DNA from: a bacterium
GTDB taxonomy: Bacteria > Patescibacteriota > Minisyncoccia > UBA6257 > GWB1-50-10
Reading direction: 5' to 3'
DNA length: 64,000 bases
Assembly: GCA_002686365.1 (NCBI GenBank)
Contig: NZBZ01000018.1
Location: forward strand, 32,286 to 96,285
The position numbers and the translations under genes are program-made. Positions 1 to 10,177 of this stretch are shown one piece after another (positions within the stretch are counted from its first letter, which is position 1; each line of letters starts with the position of its first letter). The notes beneath the pieces are model-generated. The model did not search any database. It was given only the letters and a program-made list of their open reading frames with translations, and was not told where the DNA came from.

Positions 1-65
1 TTATACATTTTTATATTTATTTTTCGGCACTTATCCATAGATTTTTTTAGAATACTCCTGCCGTA

Positions 66-100
66 TAACCAACAAAGCACCGTATTGGTGCTTTGCTAGT
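66..100. terminator. 9-bp perfect hairpin (caaagcacc-gtatt-ggtgctttg) downstream of minus-strand gene 125..346; possible weak terminator
   Basis: Inverted repeat read directly; the flanks are only moderately T-rich. Confidence 0.3.
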
Positions 101-124
101 TTCGCCTTTTGACAAATCGTCGCC

Positions 125-346
125 CTATCTTTTTTTTCTTCGTCGTGTTGTCTTTCTCTTTGCCGGCTTTCTACGAGCTGTCTTTTTTCTCGTTGTTTTT
201 CTTTTTGCCGGTTTTCTCCTTGCTGTTTTTCTTTTGGCTGGCCTCCTTTTTGCTGGCTTCCTCTTCGCTGGCTTTCTTTTTGCTGTTTTTCTTTTTCTTG
301 GCATATATTTTGAAAATTTCTCTCTGTCAATTCCGACCTTTGACAC
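125..346 (-). CDS. Small highly basic repetitive protein, (K/R)RKPAKRK(T)A tandem repeats; histone H1-like / nucleoid-associated-like
   Basis: The ORF translation is dominated by KRKPAKRKTARRKPAKRK repeats. This resembles bacterial H1-like tails (Hc1/AlgP-type), an assignment made by composition only. Confidence 0.45.
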   Translation of the reverse strand: MSKVGIDREKFSKYMPRKRKTAKRKPAKRKPAKRRPAKRKTARRKPAKRKTTRKKTARRKPAKRKTTRRRKKR

Positions 347-480
347 GTGTCAAATGTATGTATTTAGATTATATCAGATTTATTTATGAAAAAAATATTT
401 TTTCATAAAACTGTTGATAACTTTTGAATTACTCTTGGCACAAGCTGTCATTACCAGATACAAATTCGTTTCTAAAATAC

Positions 481-518
481 AAAGCGCTGCGTTATAACGC
501 GGCGCTTTGTTATTTTTT
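481..518. terminator. Bidirectional intrinsic terminator (aaagcgctgcg-ttataa-cgcggcgcttt + T-run) between pepA and the basic-protein gene
   Basis: A GC-rich 10-11 bp stem is followed by gttatttttt on the + strand and by a T-rich tract on the - strand. Confidence 0.6.
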
Positions 519-544
519 ATGCCCACACCTAATAGGGGCGGGAG

Positions 545-1930
545 TTATTTTCTATTTTGCAGGAAGCGCATGAGAAGTCCGATTGGAGCGCCTGCAGCGC
601 CTTTTGCAAGATACTCTCCATGTATAGAAGTCATACGCGGCGCCATATCAATATGCGCCCATGGGCAGTCTAATTCTTTTGCAAACTGATATAAAAACAT
701 TGCAGCAGTAATTGCCCCCCCATACCTTGTCTTCCCAGAGTTTGTTACATCCCCGAATGTCCCTTTTATGTCTTCCTCATACTCATCCCAAAGCGGAAGA
801 GGCCACGCATAATCTCCAACGCTCTCTCCTGCTTCTATAAGCTGGCTCACCATTTTTTCATCTTTCCCTAGTATTGCGGATGCCCTTTTTCCAAGAGCTG
901 CCATTGCAGAACCAGTAAGCGTTGCAACATCTATTACGAGCTTTGGCTTAAACTCCTTTGCATAAGTTATAGCATCTGCCAAAATAACTCTTCCTTCTGC
1001 ATCAGTATGCCCTACCTCAATTGTCTTTCCAGACATTGTACGAAGAATATCTCCCGGACGGTAGCTTGAGCCGGAAGGCATATTCTCTACTGCTGGAATA
1101 AGCACTACAATGTGTTTCTTTAATTTAAGTTTTGCCGCAAGAATTATTGTGTGTAAAGCTGCTGCTCCTCCTGACATATCCATATGCATCTCATTCATAC
1201 TTAGGTCCGGCTTAATATTCAGCCCTCCAGTGTCAAAAGTTACTCCCTTTCCCACCAAAACCATTGGCTGACCCGCACTTCCTTTGTATCTCATGACAAT
1301 AAGCTTGGGCTCTTCTTTAGACCCCTCAGCAACACCAAGAATACCTCCCATTTTTAGTTTTCGTATATCTGACTTTCCTAATACTTCTACTTTTACTTTT
1401 GTCCCTTCTGCCCTTTTCTCTGCTGTGCTTGCGAGAAGCTTAGGAGTCATCTCTCCTCCTGGAGTATTTACAAGTTCTCTGCACGCATTTATTTCATCTC
1501 CTATAATCTGTCCCTTTTCTGCCCCTCTTTTTGTCGAGGCCCCCATCTTTCCATATAGCGTTACTTCTTCTATAAACCTCCATCCTTCTTGGGGCTTTGT
1601 TTTATACTTCACAAATTCAAAGTTTCCCATCTCTAGATTTGTAATAAGTATTTCAGCAAGTTCTCCTTCTTTTTCTTTTAATAGCTTCTTTAATTCGTCA
1701 AAATTAATGGCGATCTTCTTTATTCTTCTTGCTTTTGCAAGAGAAATAATCCTTCGCGGAAGAATAATAAGCTTTCTTCTAGAAAATTCCTTTTTTTTCC
1801 CTATTCCAACAACAATCTTTTTCTGTGCTTCTGGAGTAATATAGGCATCTTTTCTGCCTCCTTCTTTTATCTCAATAAGAGCAATATCCTTGTTTTTTGG
1901 GGCTTCTTTTGCAAAATTCAGCTTTATCAT
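545..1930 (-). CDS. pepA: Leucyl aminopeptidase, M17 family
   Basis: The NTDAEGRL-type motif (HTDAEGRVILADAITYA) and the length match the M17 family. Confidence 0.85.
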   Translation of the reverse strand: MIKLNFAKEAPKNKDIALIEIKEGGRKDAYITPEAQKKIVVGIGKKKEFSRRKLIILPRRIISLAKARRIKKIAINFDELKKLLKEKEGELAEILITNLEMGNFEFVKYKTKPQEGWRFIEEVTLYGKMGASTKRGAEKGQIIGDEINACRELVNTPGGEMTPKLLASTAEKRAEGTKVKVEVLGKSDIRKLKMGGILGVAEGSKEEPKLIVMRYKGSAGQPMVLVGKGVTFDTGGLNIKPDLSMNEMHMDMSGGAAALHTIILAAKLKLKKHIVVLIPAVENMPSGSSYRPGDILRTMSGKTIEVGHTDAEGRVILADAITYAKEFKPKLVIDVATLTGSAMAALGKRASAILGKDEKMVSQLIEAGESVGDYAWPLPLWDEYEEDIKGTFGDVTNSGKTRYGGAITAAMFLYQFAKELDCPWAHIDMAPRMTSIHGEYLAKGAAGAPIGLLMRFLQNRK

Positions 1931-2003
1931 GGTTTGAGTATACTATCATTTATCTAGAATTTTTTTCAACCCCAACGCTAAAATAAGTATTTTCTGCCTA
2001 CTT

Positions 2004-2534
2004 CTACTTATCGTGCAAAAATAACTTGAGTTTTTCCAAGGCACTGCGTCTCATAGAGATTTTATTCTTTTCTTCAGCGTCCATTTCAGCAAATGTCTTT
2101 TCGTGCCCCTCTGGAACAAAGATTGTGTCCCATCCAAAACCAGTCTCCCCCCTTGGCTTGGTCGGAATACTTCCTTCTATCTTTCCACGAAAACTTCTAA
2201 ACTCTTTACCATCATAATATCCAACTGCTGTCTCTGCTCTTGCTCTTCTGTCTCCTTTTAGCAGGTGCGGAATATTTTTAAATCCAATGGTTTTGTCTAC
2301 CCACTTTGCAAGCGCGCCGGGGAATCCCTTCCAACTTTCTATATACAGCCCAGTATCTTCTACAATTACTGGTTTTTGTATTTTTGCATATGCCTCACTT
2401 GCTTTGTGTTCAATAACTTTCTTCACATCAATCTCCTGAATTTCATCTAAATCAAGCTCAATCTGCTCAAGCTTTATTTCGAGTATTTCCTCGAACTCGC
2501 GCAGTTTATTTTTATTGCTTGTTACGAAATACAT
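2004..2534 (-). CDS. rdgB: Non-canonical purine NTP pyrophosphatase (Ham1/RdgB family)
   Basis: The N-terminus MYFVTSNKNKLREF.. and the ~180 aa length are typical of ITPases. Confidence 0.8.
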   Translation of the reverse strand: MYFVTSNKNKLREFEEILEIKLEQIELDLDEIQEIDVKKVIEHKASEAYAKIQKPVIVEDTGLYIESWKGFPGALAKWVDKTIGFKNIPHLLKGDRRARAETAVGYYDGKEFRSFRGKIEGSIPTKPRGETGFGWDTIFVPEGHEKTFAEMDAEEKNKISMRRSALEKLKLFLHDK

Positions 2535-2866
2535 AATTCATCTCCAATTTTTATCATTTCCTCCTGCAAAAGTATTGTTGGTATTTCTATAACCTTATTA
2601 AATCTTAAATTCCAAAAAAGGATCCGGCTTGGCTTTAAATTTCTTTTATACTTTACTACCTTCATCTTTTTATCAAGAATTGCTATATCTATTGAAAATG
2701 CCATGCCAAAGGTATGGATTCCCCAGCGAGTTTTGAAAAATAGCGCTGTTTTGCCATCAGACTTAATAAGACCATGCGATTTTTCTTTGTGCGTTTTTGC
2801 TTCCTCTATGTTTTCACAAATCACTACTTCTCTTGTGCGATTTATAAGAGACTTGGAGATACTCAT
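2522..2866 (-). CDS. DUF192-like protein
   Basis: The pattern GLIKSDGKTALFFKTRWGIHTFGMAFSIDIAILD resembles DUF192 (COG1430). Confidence 0.4.
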   Translation of the reverse strand: MSISKSLINRTREVVICENIEEAKTHKEKSHGLIKSDGKTALFFKTRWGIHTFGMAFSIDIAILDKKMKVVKYKRNLKPSRILFWNLRFNKVIEIPTILLQEEMIKIGDELCIS

Positions 2867-2924
2867 TGTGTTGGCACTTTATCACAAAACATGAAAAATA
2901 AAAATTGACTCTCTAAAATGCGGA

Positions 2925-2955
2925 AGAGGGCGCGACTCAAAAGTCGTTCGCCCTC
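2925..2955 (-). terminator. Intrinsic terminator after the primase-like gene (agagggcg...cgccctct stem, T-rich tail on the minus strand)
   Basis: An 8-bp GC-rich inverted repeat lies immediately 3' of the stop at 2957 and is followed on the minus strand by TTCCGCATTTTAG..TTTTTATTTTT. Confidence 0.55.
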
Positions 2956-2956
2956 T

Positions 2957-5671
2957 TTACGTACGCTGCTTCCAGCCTACCTCGGTCCACCACGTGTTGT
3001 AGTCGTCGTGGTCTCTGGCGTCCGGAAACGTGTCCAGGAATGCTGGCGTGAAGTCCTCGGCTTCACACTCTGCTTCCTTCAGGGTTTTGATGATTTTCTT
3101 CGTTGCTTTCCTGCCGGGCTCGTCGAAGTCAAGCGCGACGAAGATCTTCTTTCCGGCTCTCCCAGCTATCCCAATTGCATCAATCACAATGTTATTGTTG
3201 GTGCCGATAATTGCAATTGCGATTTTCCCGGGAAGAGCCTCCATGATGGTCAGCGCATCCATCACTCCCTCGCAGACGATAACTTCTTTGACCTTATCGT
3301 CGTTGAGCCGCCCTTCTCCAAACGCACCATTGGGGAAGCCGGTCCGAAGCTTCATATGCGCAAACCGTGTCTTCTTCTGACCTATCTCCCTTCCGTAGAA
3401 TCCAGTACGGAGTCCGCCCAATGTGAGCGGAAATGTTATGTATCCGTTGCGGCTCCATAGTGGGTTCCGAGGCAGAAGGAGACGCGTATTTCCTTCCTTG
3501 TCTTCTCCTTCCTTTCCAAGCTCCTTCAAAGTGAGCCCAAGTTCCTTCTGCAGCCTTCGGATAAATGGATTATCCGGCTGGACTGTCATGGATCGGGTTA
3601 TAACCCCGAATTGCTCGAGCTCTTCGAATTCGTGCCCCCTCTTCAGTAGGCCAAAGATGACTTCATCAGTCCAGAGTCCTGCTCCAAGATTCCATGCGAG
3701 TTCCGGATCCAGCCTGCGTACTTCTCGCAGGTAGTCTCCTCCTCGGCTTTTCCGGAATCCTCTTCGAAGGATTGTCTGGGCATCCCCCATAAGAACGCCC
3801 AGTTCTTCTGGAATGGCAACATCCTTAATGGACTTGGACGAAGCTTTAGTCCCTCTTTCTGCCCAGTTGCTTCGCACAACATCACGGATGTCGGAAAGCT
3901 CGGGCGGAATGCTCTCCTCTGCGATTACTCCATGCATCTCCCCGCATCCGTAGCAGTGAAAGTGTCCATCCTTGAGGTAGATGTGAAGCGAGGGAGTTCG
4001 TTCTCCGCCTCCTTCGTGACCCGTGTGGTTCGGGTTCATGCACTGGATCGATCCTCCAGTCCGCCAGTTGAACCCCTTGTTAATGGCTATGCGACTGTTC
4101 AGCATTGCCTCTCGAAGCGCTCCGATTTGCATTCGAAGCACTCTTTTACCTCGAACCATTGGTCCGAGTTCCACAATTCTTGTTTTCGGATCGATGAATT
4201 CACGAAAGTGCTCCGTAAGAAGAGCCACGGGCAAGGCAGAGCTCTTTCTCCATCCTTCTGCATGAGGAATATCAATCCTCATCTGCTCTGGCCTGCTTTC
4301 CTCCCAAGCCCTCTGTATTCCTCCATTTCTAACAAGACGATCGAGCGTGTGCTGTACTCTTCGCATTCTCGCCCACTGCCTTGCTCTGGACACACGTGGA
4401 GCAAACACCTCTCTCATATATACCTCTGCTTCTTCCATGGTGATGTGATGTATCATCTCACCATCCTGCAGAAGATATATAATTTCTCCACCTATCATAG
4501 GAGACGAGGAGAATGCCTTTTCAGGGCTTGCTATTCCGCGTGCTCTCCAATGACAAGCCAGTGTTGAGACCGCAAGATACCGCTTCATTTGACGCGCGTG
4601 GATTGCAAGCGGCTCCTTAATCACGTCGGACCGCTTTATTACCTTCCCCTTCGATCCTTCTGAAGGAAGGTTGTCTCCCACCGCGACCTTGAGGTCTAGG
4701 ATCCGCCCACTCACCTGTCTTCCGAGGCTCTTGCGCAGTCGATGCAGAATTGCATCTATGCTGTATTCCTTTAGCCCCCTAAGAGCTTTTAAGCACTCCT
4801 CTCTATTTTTGCCTCTTACCGGCTCTCTTTCCAGGAGTACCTGAAAGATGTCGGCTGGATGACGCCCTGCTCCAAACTCAAAGCCTGCAACAGGAATTTC
4901 AGTGAATACGAGAGATCCTTTCAACCCTTGTAGCGTCGCAGATGTTGGAAACCCTGCGCACGTACTGTATATTACCGCGCGTAGATATCTTCCAATTAGG
5001 TCCTCACCAAGAGACAGCCCTGAAATCCACTCTCCGACCTCTTGCGAAAGGAGGTCCCCTAGCTCAAACATGAGCCCTATGGATTTTGGGTATTTTTCTA
5101 CCCAGGCATTGTGATCTCTCAGCGGGGCATCTAATTCTCCGCGTATCTCTTCCACTCGCTCAAGAATGTTCTCAGGCACTCTCCGAACTACCGAGAAAAG
5201 TCTAGTATCTTCCTCGGCCTCAGCGTCTACATCTTCTTCTTCCACTCTCTCTGGCCACAGTATGAGCTCGCCCTGCCTACTTTCCTCTTCTAGGTCAAGG
5301 ACTCCCAGTACTGCTTCATGAACTCTCGTTCCGATGAGCCTCCATCTGTGTTCGTCCGGATCTCCATTGCTTCCGTTTACCGCGCTTCTTCTTTTCCTTG
5401 TGCCCACCTTTAAGTCTCCGGATGTCAGACTCGTCTCTGTGTCGGACCTCCTTACAATTGCATCTAGTTTCTGCAGTGCAAATCCAATGTCGGATCTTCC
5501 ATCCATTACGATCTGCAGATACTGGAGAAGGACCCCTTCCATATGGGCTTGTCCTGCCCAATCTCGGAATGTATGGGACAGTCCGCGTGTTTCCCGTATG
5601 GCTCGTTCAATCTGGGCTCCGGGCACAAACTCTATTCGACCCTGTTCACTCGCCATTTTGCGTATCACCAC
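2957..5671 (-). CDS. Large DnaG-like primase: N-terminal ~500 aa of unknown function + CHC2 zinc finger (HFHCYGCGEMHG) + primase core + TOPRIM (VIVCEGVMDAL...ALDFDEPG)
   Basis: The zinc-finger and TOPRIM motifs can be read in the translation. The gene is visibly GC-richer than its flanks and sits between its own terminator and an AT-rich intergenic region. Confidence 0.6.
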   Translation of the reverse strand: MVIRKMASEQGRIEFVPGAQIERAIRETRGLSHTFRDWAGQAHMEGVLLQYLQIVMDGRSDIGFALQKLDAIVRRSDTETSLTSGDLKVGTRKRRSAVNGSNGDPDEHRWRLIGTRVHEAVLGVLDLEEESRQGELILWPERVEEEDVDAEAEEDTRLFSVVRRVPENILERVEEIRGELDAPLRDHNAWVEKYPKSIGLMFELGDLLSQEVGEWISGLSLGEDLIGRYLRAVIYSTCAGFPTSATLQGLKGSLVFTEIPVAGFEFGAGRHPADIFQVLLEREPVRGKNREECLKALRGLKEYSIDAILHRLRKSLGRQVSGRILDLKVAVGDNLPSEGSKGKVIKRSDVIKEPLAIHARQMKRYLAVSTLACHWRARGIASPEKAFSSSPMIGGEIIYLLQDGEMIHHITMEEAEVYMREVFAPRVSRARQWARMRRVQHTLDRLVRNGGIQRAWEESRPEQMRIDIPHAEGWRKSSALPVALLTEHFREFIDPKTRIVELGPMVRGKRVLRMQIGALREAMLNSRIAINKGFNWRTGGSIQCMNPNHTGHEGGGERTPSLHIYLKDGHFHCYGCGEMHGVIAEESIPPELSDIRDVVRSNWAERGTKASSKSIKDVAIPEELGVLMGDAQTILRRGFRKSRGGDYLREVRRLDPELAWNLGAGLWTDEVIFGLLKRGHEFEELEQFGVITRSMTVQPDNPFIRRLQKELGLTLKELGKEGEDKEGNTRLLLPRNPLWSRNGYITFPLTLGGLRTGFYGREIGQKKTRFAHMKLRTGFPNGAFGEGRLNDDKVKEVIVCEGVMDALTIMEALPGKIAIAIIGTNNNIVIDAIGIAGRAGKKIFVALDFDEPGRKATKKIIKTLKEAECEAEDFTPAFLDTFPDARDHDDYNTWWTEVGWKQRT

Positions 5672-5779
5672 CCTTCTTTGGCTTTTTCTGTGATTTTCGG
5701 TTTTGGTTTTCCTCTGGTCCTATGCTACTTGAAGGAGCCCTTTTGGGTAAAGGGAAAAACTGTGGACAGCAAAAAAGGG

Positions 5780-7141
5780 CTATTTGACCTTCTTTTTTAA
5801 TAAGGACTCAAAAATACGAGCTCTCACCTCCCCTACGAGATAAAAGGAGCCGGTTACGATTATTATGTCATCTCCTTTGAATTCTTTTATTGCTAGATCA
5901 AGCGCTTCTTCCGGACTTCTTACTATTCTCCGTTCTACTTTTGAAACCTTCTTCATTTTTAGTGAGAGGCTTCTTGCAGACTTACTTTTTTTCTTGCCAA
6001 AGTCAGTTGTGGAAAGGAATTGCGAGAAGTATATCTTTCTTGTAATTGGAGCAATCTTTCGCATTGTTCCGGTCTGATTCTTTCCCTTCTTGATTGCAAA
6101 TATAAAGGTGAACTTCTTTTTTGGAAACAGCTTCTTAATTGTTTGCACAAATGACTCCATCTTCTTAGGATTGTGCGCGCCATCTAAAATAATTGTCTTA
6201 TTTCCATGCAAAGTTTTAATATTGAACGCTTCAATCCTTCCGGGAATTCGAACTTCCCTTAATGCTTTCCTAATAGTTTCTTTTGATACTTTTAGTTTTG
6301 ATTTTTCAAGCGCAGTAATTGCTGTTGCAATATTTACTGCCTGATACTCTCCTAAGAGCGGAGTTTTTAGATTTAGATACGTTTCTTTTTTTGTCTTTAC
6401 GTTTAAGAGAAGTCCTTCTGGACCTAACTTTTTCAGCTTTGTCTGCACATCTCTTCCCATGATTGTAAGAGGCGCCTTTTCCTTTTTTGCTTTCTTTTTT
6501 ATTACTTCCAGCGCGTCTTTTTGTGTTGCTCCTGTTACTACTGGAACTCCCTCTTTAATAATTCCTGCCTTGTTTCGAGCAATCGCCCCCACTGTCCAGC
6601 CAAGAATATTCCGATGGTCAAAATGGATATTTGTAATGACTGAGACAAGGGGGGTTATCACGTTTGTCGCGTCAAGCTTTCCGCCAAGGCCCACTTCTAT
6701 TGCTGCAACATCAACCTTCTTTCTTCGAAAGTGTTCGAATGCTATGGCAACAACTGCCTCAAAGTATGTTGGCAATCCATCAGTTTCTCTTCCTGTTTTT
6801 TCTATTTTTGGCTTTGCCCATTCAACAAGCTCTGTAAGGTCTTTATCGCTTATCTCTTTTCCATTCACCTGTATTCGTTCGTTTACTCTGTTTATGTGAG
6901 GAGAGATATGCAGTCCTGCTTTATATCCCGCCTTTTTCAGGATTCCAGCTGTGATGTAAGTAATTGACCCCTTACCTGCTGTTCCTCCAATATGGATAGA
7001 CTTGAATGACTCATGGGGATTTCCCATGAGTTCTAAAAGATGCGCTACTCGCTCGAGCTTATACAATCTCTTCCCTGTATTTTTATTTGGGATGAGAGAT
7101 TCCAAATATTCAACTGCCCTCTTGTAGGAGGTTATACGCAT
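5780..7141 (-). CDS. folC: Folylpolyglutamate synthase / dihydrofolate synthase (Mur ligase family) with K-rich C-terminal tail
   Basis: The P-loop IHIGGTAGKGS and the Mur-ligase domain order are present. Confidence 0.8.
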   Translation of the reverse strand: MRITSYKRAVEYLESLIPNKNTGKRLYKLERVAHLLELMGNPHESFKSIHIGGTAGKGSITYITAGILKKAGYKAGLHISPHINRVNERIQVNGKEISDKDLTELVEWAKPKIEKTGRETDGLPTYFEAVVAIAFEHFRRKKVDVAAIEVGLGGKLDATNVITPLVSVITNIHFDHRNILGWTVGAIARNKAGIIKEGVPVVTGATQKDALEVIKKKAKKEKAPLTIMGRDVQTKLKKLGPEGLLLNVKTKKETYLNLKTPLLGEYQAVNIATAITALEKSKLKVSKETIRKALREVRIPGRIEAFNIKTLHGNKTIILDGAHNPKKMESFVQTIKKLFPKKKFTFIFAIKKGKNQTGTMRKIAPITRKIYFSQFLSTTDFGKKKSKSARSLSLKMKKVSKVERRIVRSPEEALDLAIKEFKGDDIIIVTGSFYLVGEVRARIFESLLKKKVK

Positions 7142-7283
7142 AACGAGAACAAGGATATAGAATTAATGATGAAGAATCAAGAGTGTGGTGCATAAAAAAC
7201 TGCCCGATGAGACATCGGACAGTTTAAAATTCCGTTTGCATACGTACTGTAAATTTTTGAATTGGAATGCGCTTCGCTTCGCT

Positions 7284-8330
7284 TTACTGTTCTATTGCGC
7301 TTGCCCTTATATCTGCCGGCACAGGCACTCCTTCTTGGAGTCCGATTAATTTTAGGTATGGTAATGGAATTTCTATTGGGGCTGAGCTTTCCTCATCTTC
7401 ACTTAATTCCGCAAAAAGATTTATTGCAAATGAGATGCCGAGATCAAAACCTATGCCTGAAGGTATAAGTGAATTGTCTTTATATGCGTACAAAACTTCA
7501 GTTAAGATAGTGTTTCCCTGTTCGCCTTCCGCTGGTAGCAGTTCTTGTTTGACGTGATGAAGTCGTACTGGATTTTGACCTATCACCACTTTCGTCATCA
7601 TCTTTATTCCGCTTTCACCAAAATCTGTTGTGCTGTCAATACTCTGTATCGTGGTCTCTCCACTTTGTTCGGTGGTTAGACTTCCAATATCCTCCATTAG
7701 CACCTCCCCCCTTATCGTTCTTTGTATAGTGACCACTGTTGCCTTCTCTCCGTTTATTATCCCCTCAGATGCTTCTGTAAATTGGGTTATATTTTGAACA
7801 TTACTCGGAGGATAAAATAATGATTCTATATTCTGTAGTGCAATGTAAGGAGCGGGCATGAGTAGAAATGATTTTGATTTCGCTGCTTTCACTGCTTGTC
7901 CTCCTTCCTGTATTACAAATAGTTCCTGTTCCGTAACATATATTTCTCCTGTTACTTGCGGTTCTCCCTGTAGTGCTAGCTCTGGATTAAACACATTTAT
8001 ATTGTCTCTGTCTTCTATCGTATGCATCTCCATATCAGCATGGAATACATCTGGCCACGCTTCCTTGTGGCGTTTTGCTACCTCCTGAATCAATTCTAGG
8101 GGGTCTTTGGGCAACCCTACTGTTTTTGGCTCTTCTTTTGATTCTCCACTTCCTACCTGTATGCTTTTTTCTGTTTGCGCATTTTCTTGTGCACTCGTAC
8201 TGCTGTCGTTTCTTGAAATAAGCTGCTGTTCAATGAACCCAGCTCCTACTCCCACAGCTAGTCCTATAATTACTGATATAAGTACTGCCACTACTACTCC
8301 GCCTTCATTTTTTTCTTCTGAATATATCAT
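7284..8330 (-). CDS. Hypothetical membrane-anchored/secreted protein
   Basis: An N-terminal TM/signal segment is present; no other family was recognised. Confidence 0.4.
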   Translation of the reverse strand: MIYSEEKNEGGVVVAVLISVIIGLAVGVGAGFIEQQLISRNDSSTSAQENAQTEKSIQVGSGESKEEPKTVGLPKDPLELIQEVAKRHKEAWPDVFHADMEMHTIEDRDNINVFNPELALQGEPQVTGEIYVTEQELFVIQEGGQAVKAAKSKSFLLMPAPYIALQNIESLFYPPSNVQNITQFTEASEGIINGEKATVVTIQRTIRGEVLMEDIGSLTTEQSGETTIQSIDSTTDFGESGIKMMTKVVIGQNPVRLHHVKQELLPAEGEQGNTILTEVLYAYKDNSLIPSGIGFDLGISFAINLFAELSEDEESSAPIEIPLPYLKLIGLQEGVPVPADIRASAIEQ

Positions 8331-8381
8331 ATTGCCATTATAACATTTTAAAGAATCTCCCCCACAGGTTTCTGTTAGGGG

Positions 8382-10103
8382 TCATGAGTTCTCCAATTTT
8401 CGAAGCTTTTTCTGGATGCGCTCCTCCTGCCCACGGCGGGCAAAGTCATAGTTGCCGAGGTTTACCATGATGCGCTCCGCTATCATGGGATAGGCCTTTT
8501 CTACGAGGCGAAACTTCTGCTGTTCTATAGAACGGTAGTCTGGATGCCCTTCTGGGATGGTACGAAGCTCCATTTTCCAAAATATCTGCCTTAGGTTCTC
8601 CCACTGCATAAAGCGAAGGCGGTGCGCAAGGGTTACTGCGTACTGGGCAAGATCAGGATCATGGCGCGCAATTTTTTCGTACACCTCTTGGGCCGGCTCT
8701 ATGGCACCCTTATACTCTTCTTCCAATCCAGCCTCCTTTATTTCTTCTGGAATATCATATCCATGATGCGTAGAGAAGTTTTGTCTTTGCTGAGTAAGCA
8801 TTCTATGCCTATGGAGATCACGCCAAGCGCCGATATTTACGATTGTCTCAAATCTCATATATGTATTTTCAAGCGCTCTCCCCACCTTCTGCCATCTAAC
8901 AGTGCGTCCCTCAAGGTATTTGTCGAGAATGTTTTTCTTTTCCTCTTCTGTCATCTTTCTAATACGTCGGAGAAGTTCTTTCCATCCTCTGTGATTGTTT
9001 GGCGCACTATAAAGAATTCCTGCGATAATCTTATTCTCTCCCTCAAGATCGTGCTCAAGAAGCCGCACCTTAGTTTGGCGATCGCTTGAGACTGTTCCCT
9101 TTTCTTTGAAAACCTCTTCAACTGCTGGCGCAAGACGCCTGCCCTTGCCTGCAAGATATTCCTGATATGAATCTACTGCTTCTTTCTTGTCCTCGTCTTT
9201 TAATCTTCGCAAAAAGGATGGAGTAACTTTGTAAAGCTCCTCTAAAGCCTCATTCGCTGCCCATCGGATTTCTCCAAGTGAGTGCTTTCCCGACCTGCTT
9301 ATCATGTACTCAAATGCCTGCCCATTTCCAAAAAAGGCAACTTGCGAGAGGGTTGAGGCTGGAAGGAGTCCGCGTACTGTATCAAATGCCTTCTTCTCAA
9401 TTACCGACTTCTCTTCTTTTGGAAACTTCTTTGTAAGATATTCGCTTAGCTTTGGAATAAAGTCTGTGTAGGCGTCAAAGAGTCCGTCCATTGCATTCTC
9501 ATATTCAGTTTTCAGTCTTAGCTTTTTTAGCGTTGGATCTGTGTAGTACAAGTACTTCCCTCCTACTTTTTTGGAGTAGTTTACATAGCGTGTGGATTTC
9601 TCAATTGGAGCAAGTCCAATACGCTGGTCTTCAAAGTGTTTTATTGCAACTTGTGAAATGCCCTGAAAGATAAGATGAGATCCTGCCATCTGCGCGATAG
9701 AATCATCTCCATATTCTGCAAGCCACTTTACATAGAAGGAGCGGGCCCTTGGGTTTGCAAAAAGTTCTGATACTGGATGTTTATGCAGAAAGTCGATGAA
9801 CTCTCTTAATCCTTCTCCGTATTTCTGCTTCTCTTTCCAAACTTCTTCCGTATCTTTTGGTTCTCGCTCTGCTTCTATAAAGGGGGCTATATACTCCTTC
9901 AAAAATATGGGACGTAGATCACCCTTTACCCGGCTTGTTCTTGAGCATAGCGCGCCAATAAGCTCCGGAGGGAGCAGTATTGGGGCGTACACCGACTTAT
10001 CACAGTTTGTAAAAAAGGGCTCTAGATACTTCTTCTCTTCTGCCTGATACTTGTTTTTTAGAAAAATTGGAGCGAATTCTTCAAGATTTTCCTTTGATTC
10101 CAT
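8382..10103 (-). CDS. Long ThyX-like protein (FAD-dependent thymidylate synthase-like C-terminal domain; N-terminal ~350 aa unknown)
   Basis: The C-terminal region carries an RHR motif followed by QQRQNF, then ..LAQYAVTLAHRLRF..W..LRQIFWKMELRT. This resembles the ThyX RHR...SQRY...ARFVLP...LRHFFxLR...AQWEIR order. Long (~530 aa) ThyX forms are known in other bacteria. Confidence 0.4.
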   Translation of the reverse strand: MESKENLEEFAPIFLKNKYQAEEKKYLEPFFTNCDKSVYAPILLPPELIGALCSRTSRVKGDLRPIFLKEYIAPFIEAEREPKDTEEVWKEKQKYGEGLREFIDFLHKHPVSELFANPRARSFYVKWLAEYGDDSIAQMAGSHLIFQGISQVAIKHFEDQRIGLAPIEKSTRYVNYSKKVGGKYLYYTDPTLKKLRLKTEYENAMDGLFDAYTDFIPKLSEYLTKKFPKEEKSVIEKKAFDTVRGLLPASTLSQVAFFGNGQAFEYMISRSGKHSLGEIRWAANEALEELYKVTPSFLRRLKDEDKKEAVDSYQEYLAGKGRRLAPAVEEVFKEKGTVSSDRQTKVRLLEHDLEGENKIIAGILYSAPNNHRGWKELLRRIRKMTEEEKKNILDKYLEGRTVRWQKVGRALENTYMRFETIVNIGAWRDLHRHRMLTQQRQNFSTHHGYDIPEEIKEAGLEEEYKGAIEPAQEVYEKIARHDPDLAQYAVTLAHRLRFMQWENLRQIFWKMELRTIPEGHPDYRSIEQQKFRLVEKAYPMIAERIMVNLGNYDFARRGQEERIQKKLRKLENS

Positions 10104-10177
10104 TGTGGCTATCCTACACCTCCTTCCACGCGTCCTGCAAGCTTTTTTTAGGATTAGCGCTTTCTAAAAATATCTTC

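Noticed and set aside
3030-5560. Multiple 80-210 aa ORFs on the + strand inside the primase-like gene, and similar antisense ORFs inside ppsA, nrdJ, the 47025 gene, etc.
   Set aside because: They lie antisense within long ORFs carrying clear conserved motifs, their products are low-complexity (S/P/R-rich), and they lack start signals, so they are spurious shadow ORFs. The same reasoning applies to 37761..38102(-), 21481..22005(-), 24128..24349(-), 59294..59602(-) and 52494..53048(-), the last with less certainty.
8382-10103. Calling 8382..10103 a confident thyX
   Set aside because: The RHR motif is not followed by the canonical serine spacing, and the protein is more than twice the usual length. 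It is reported only as ThyX-like with low confidence.
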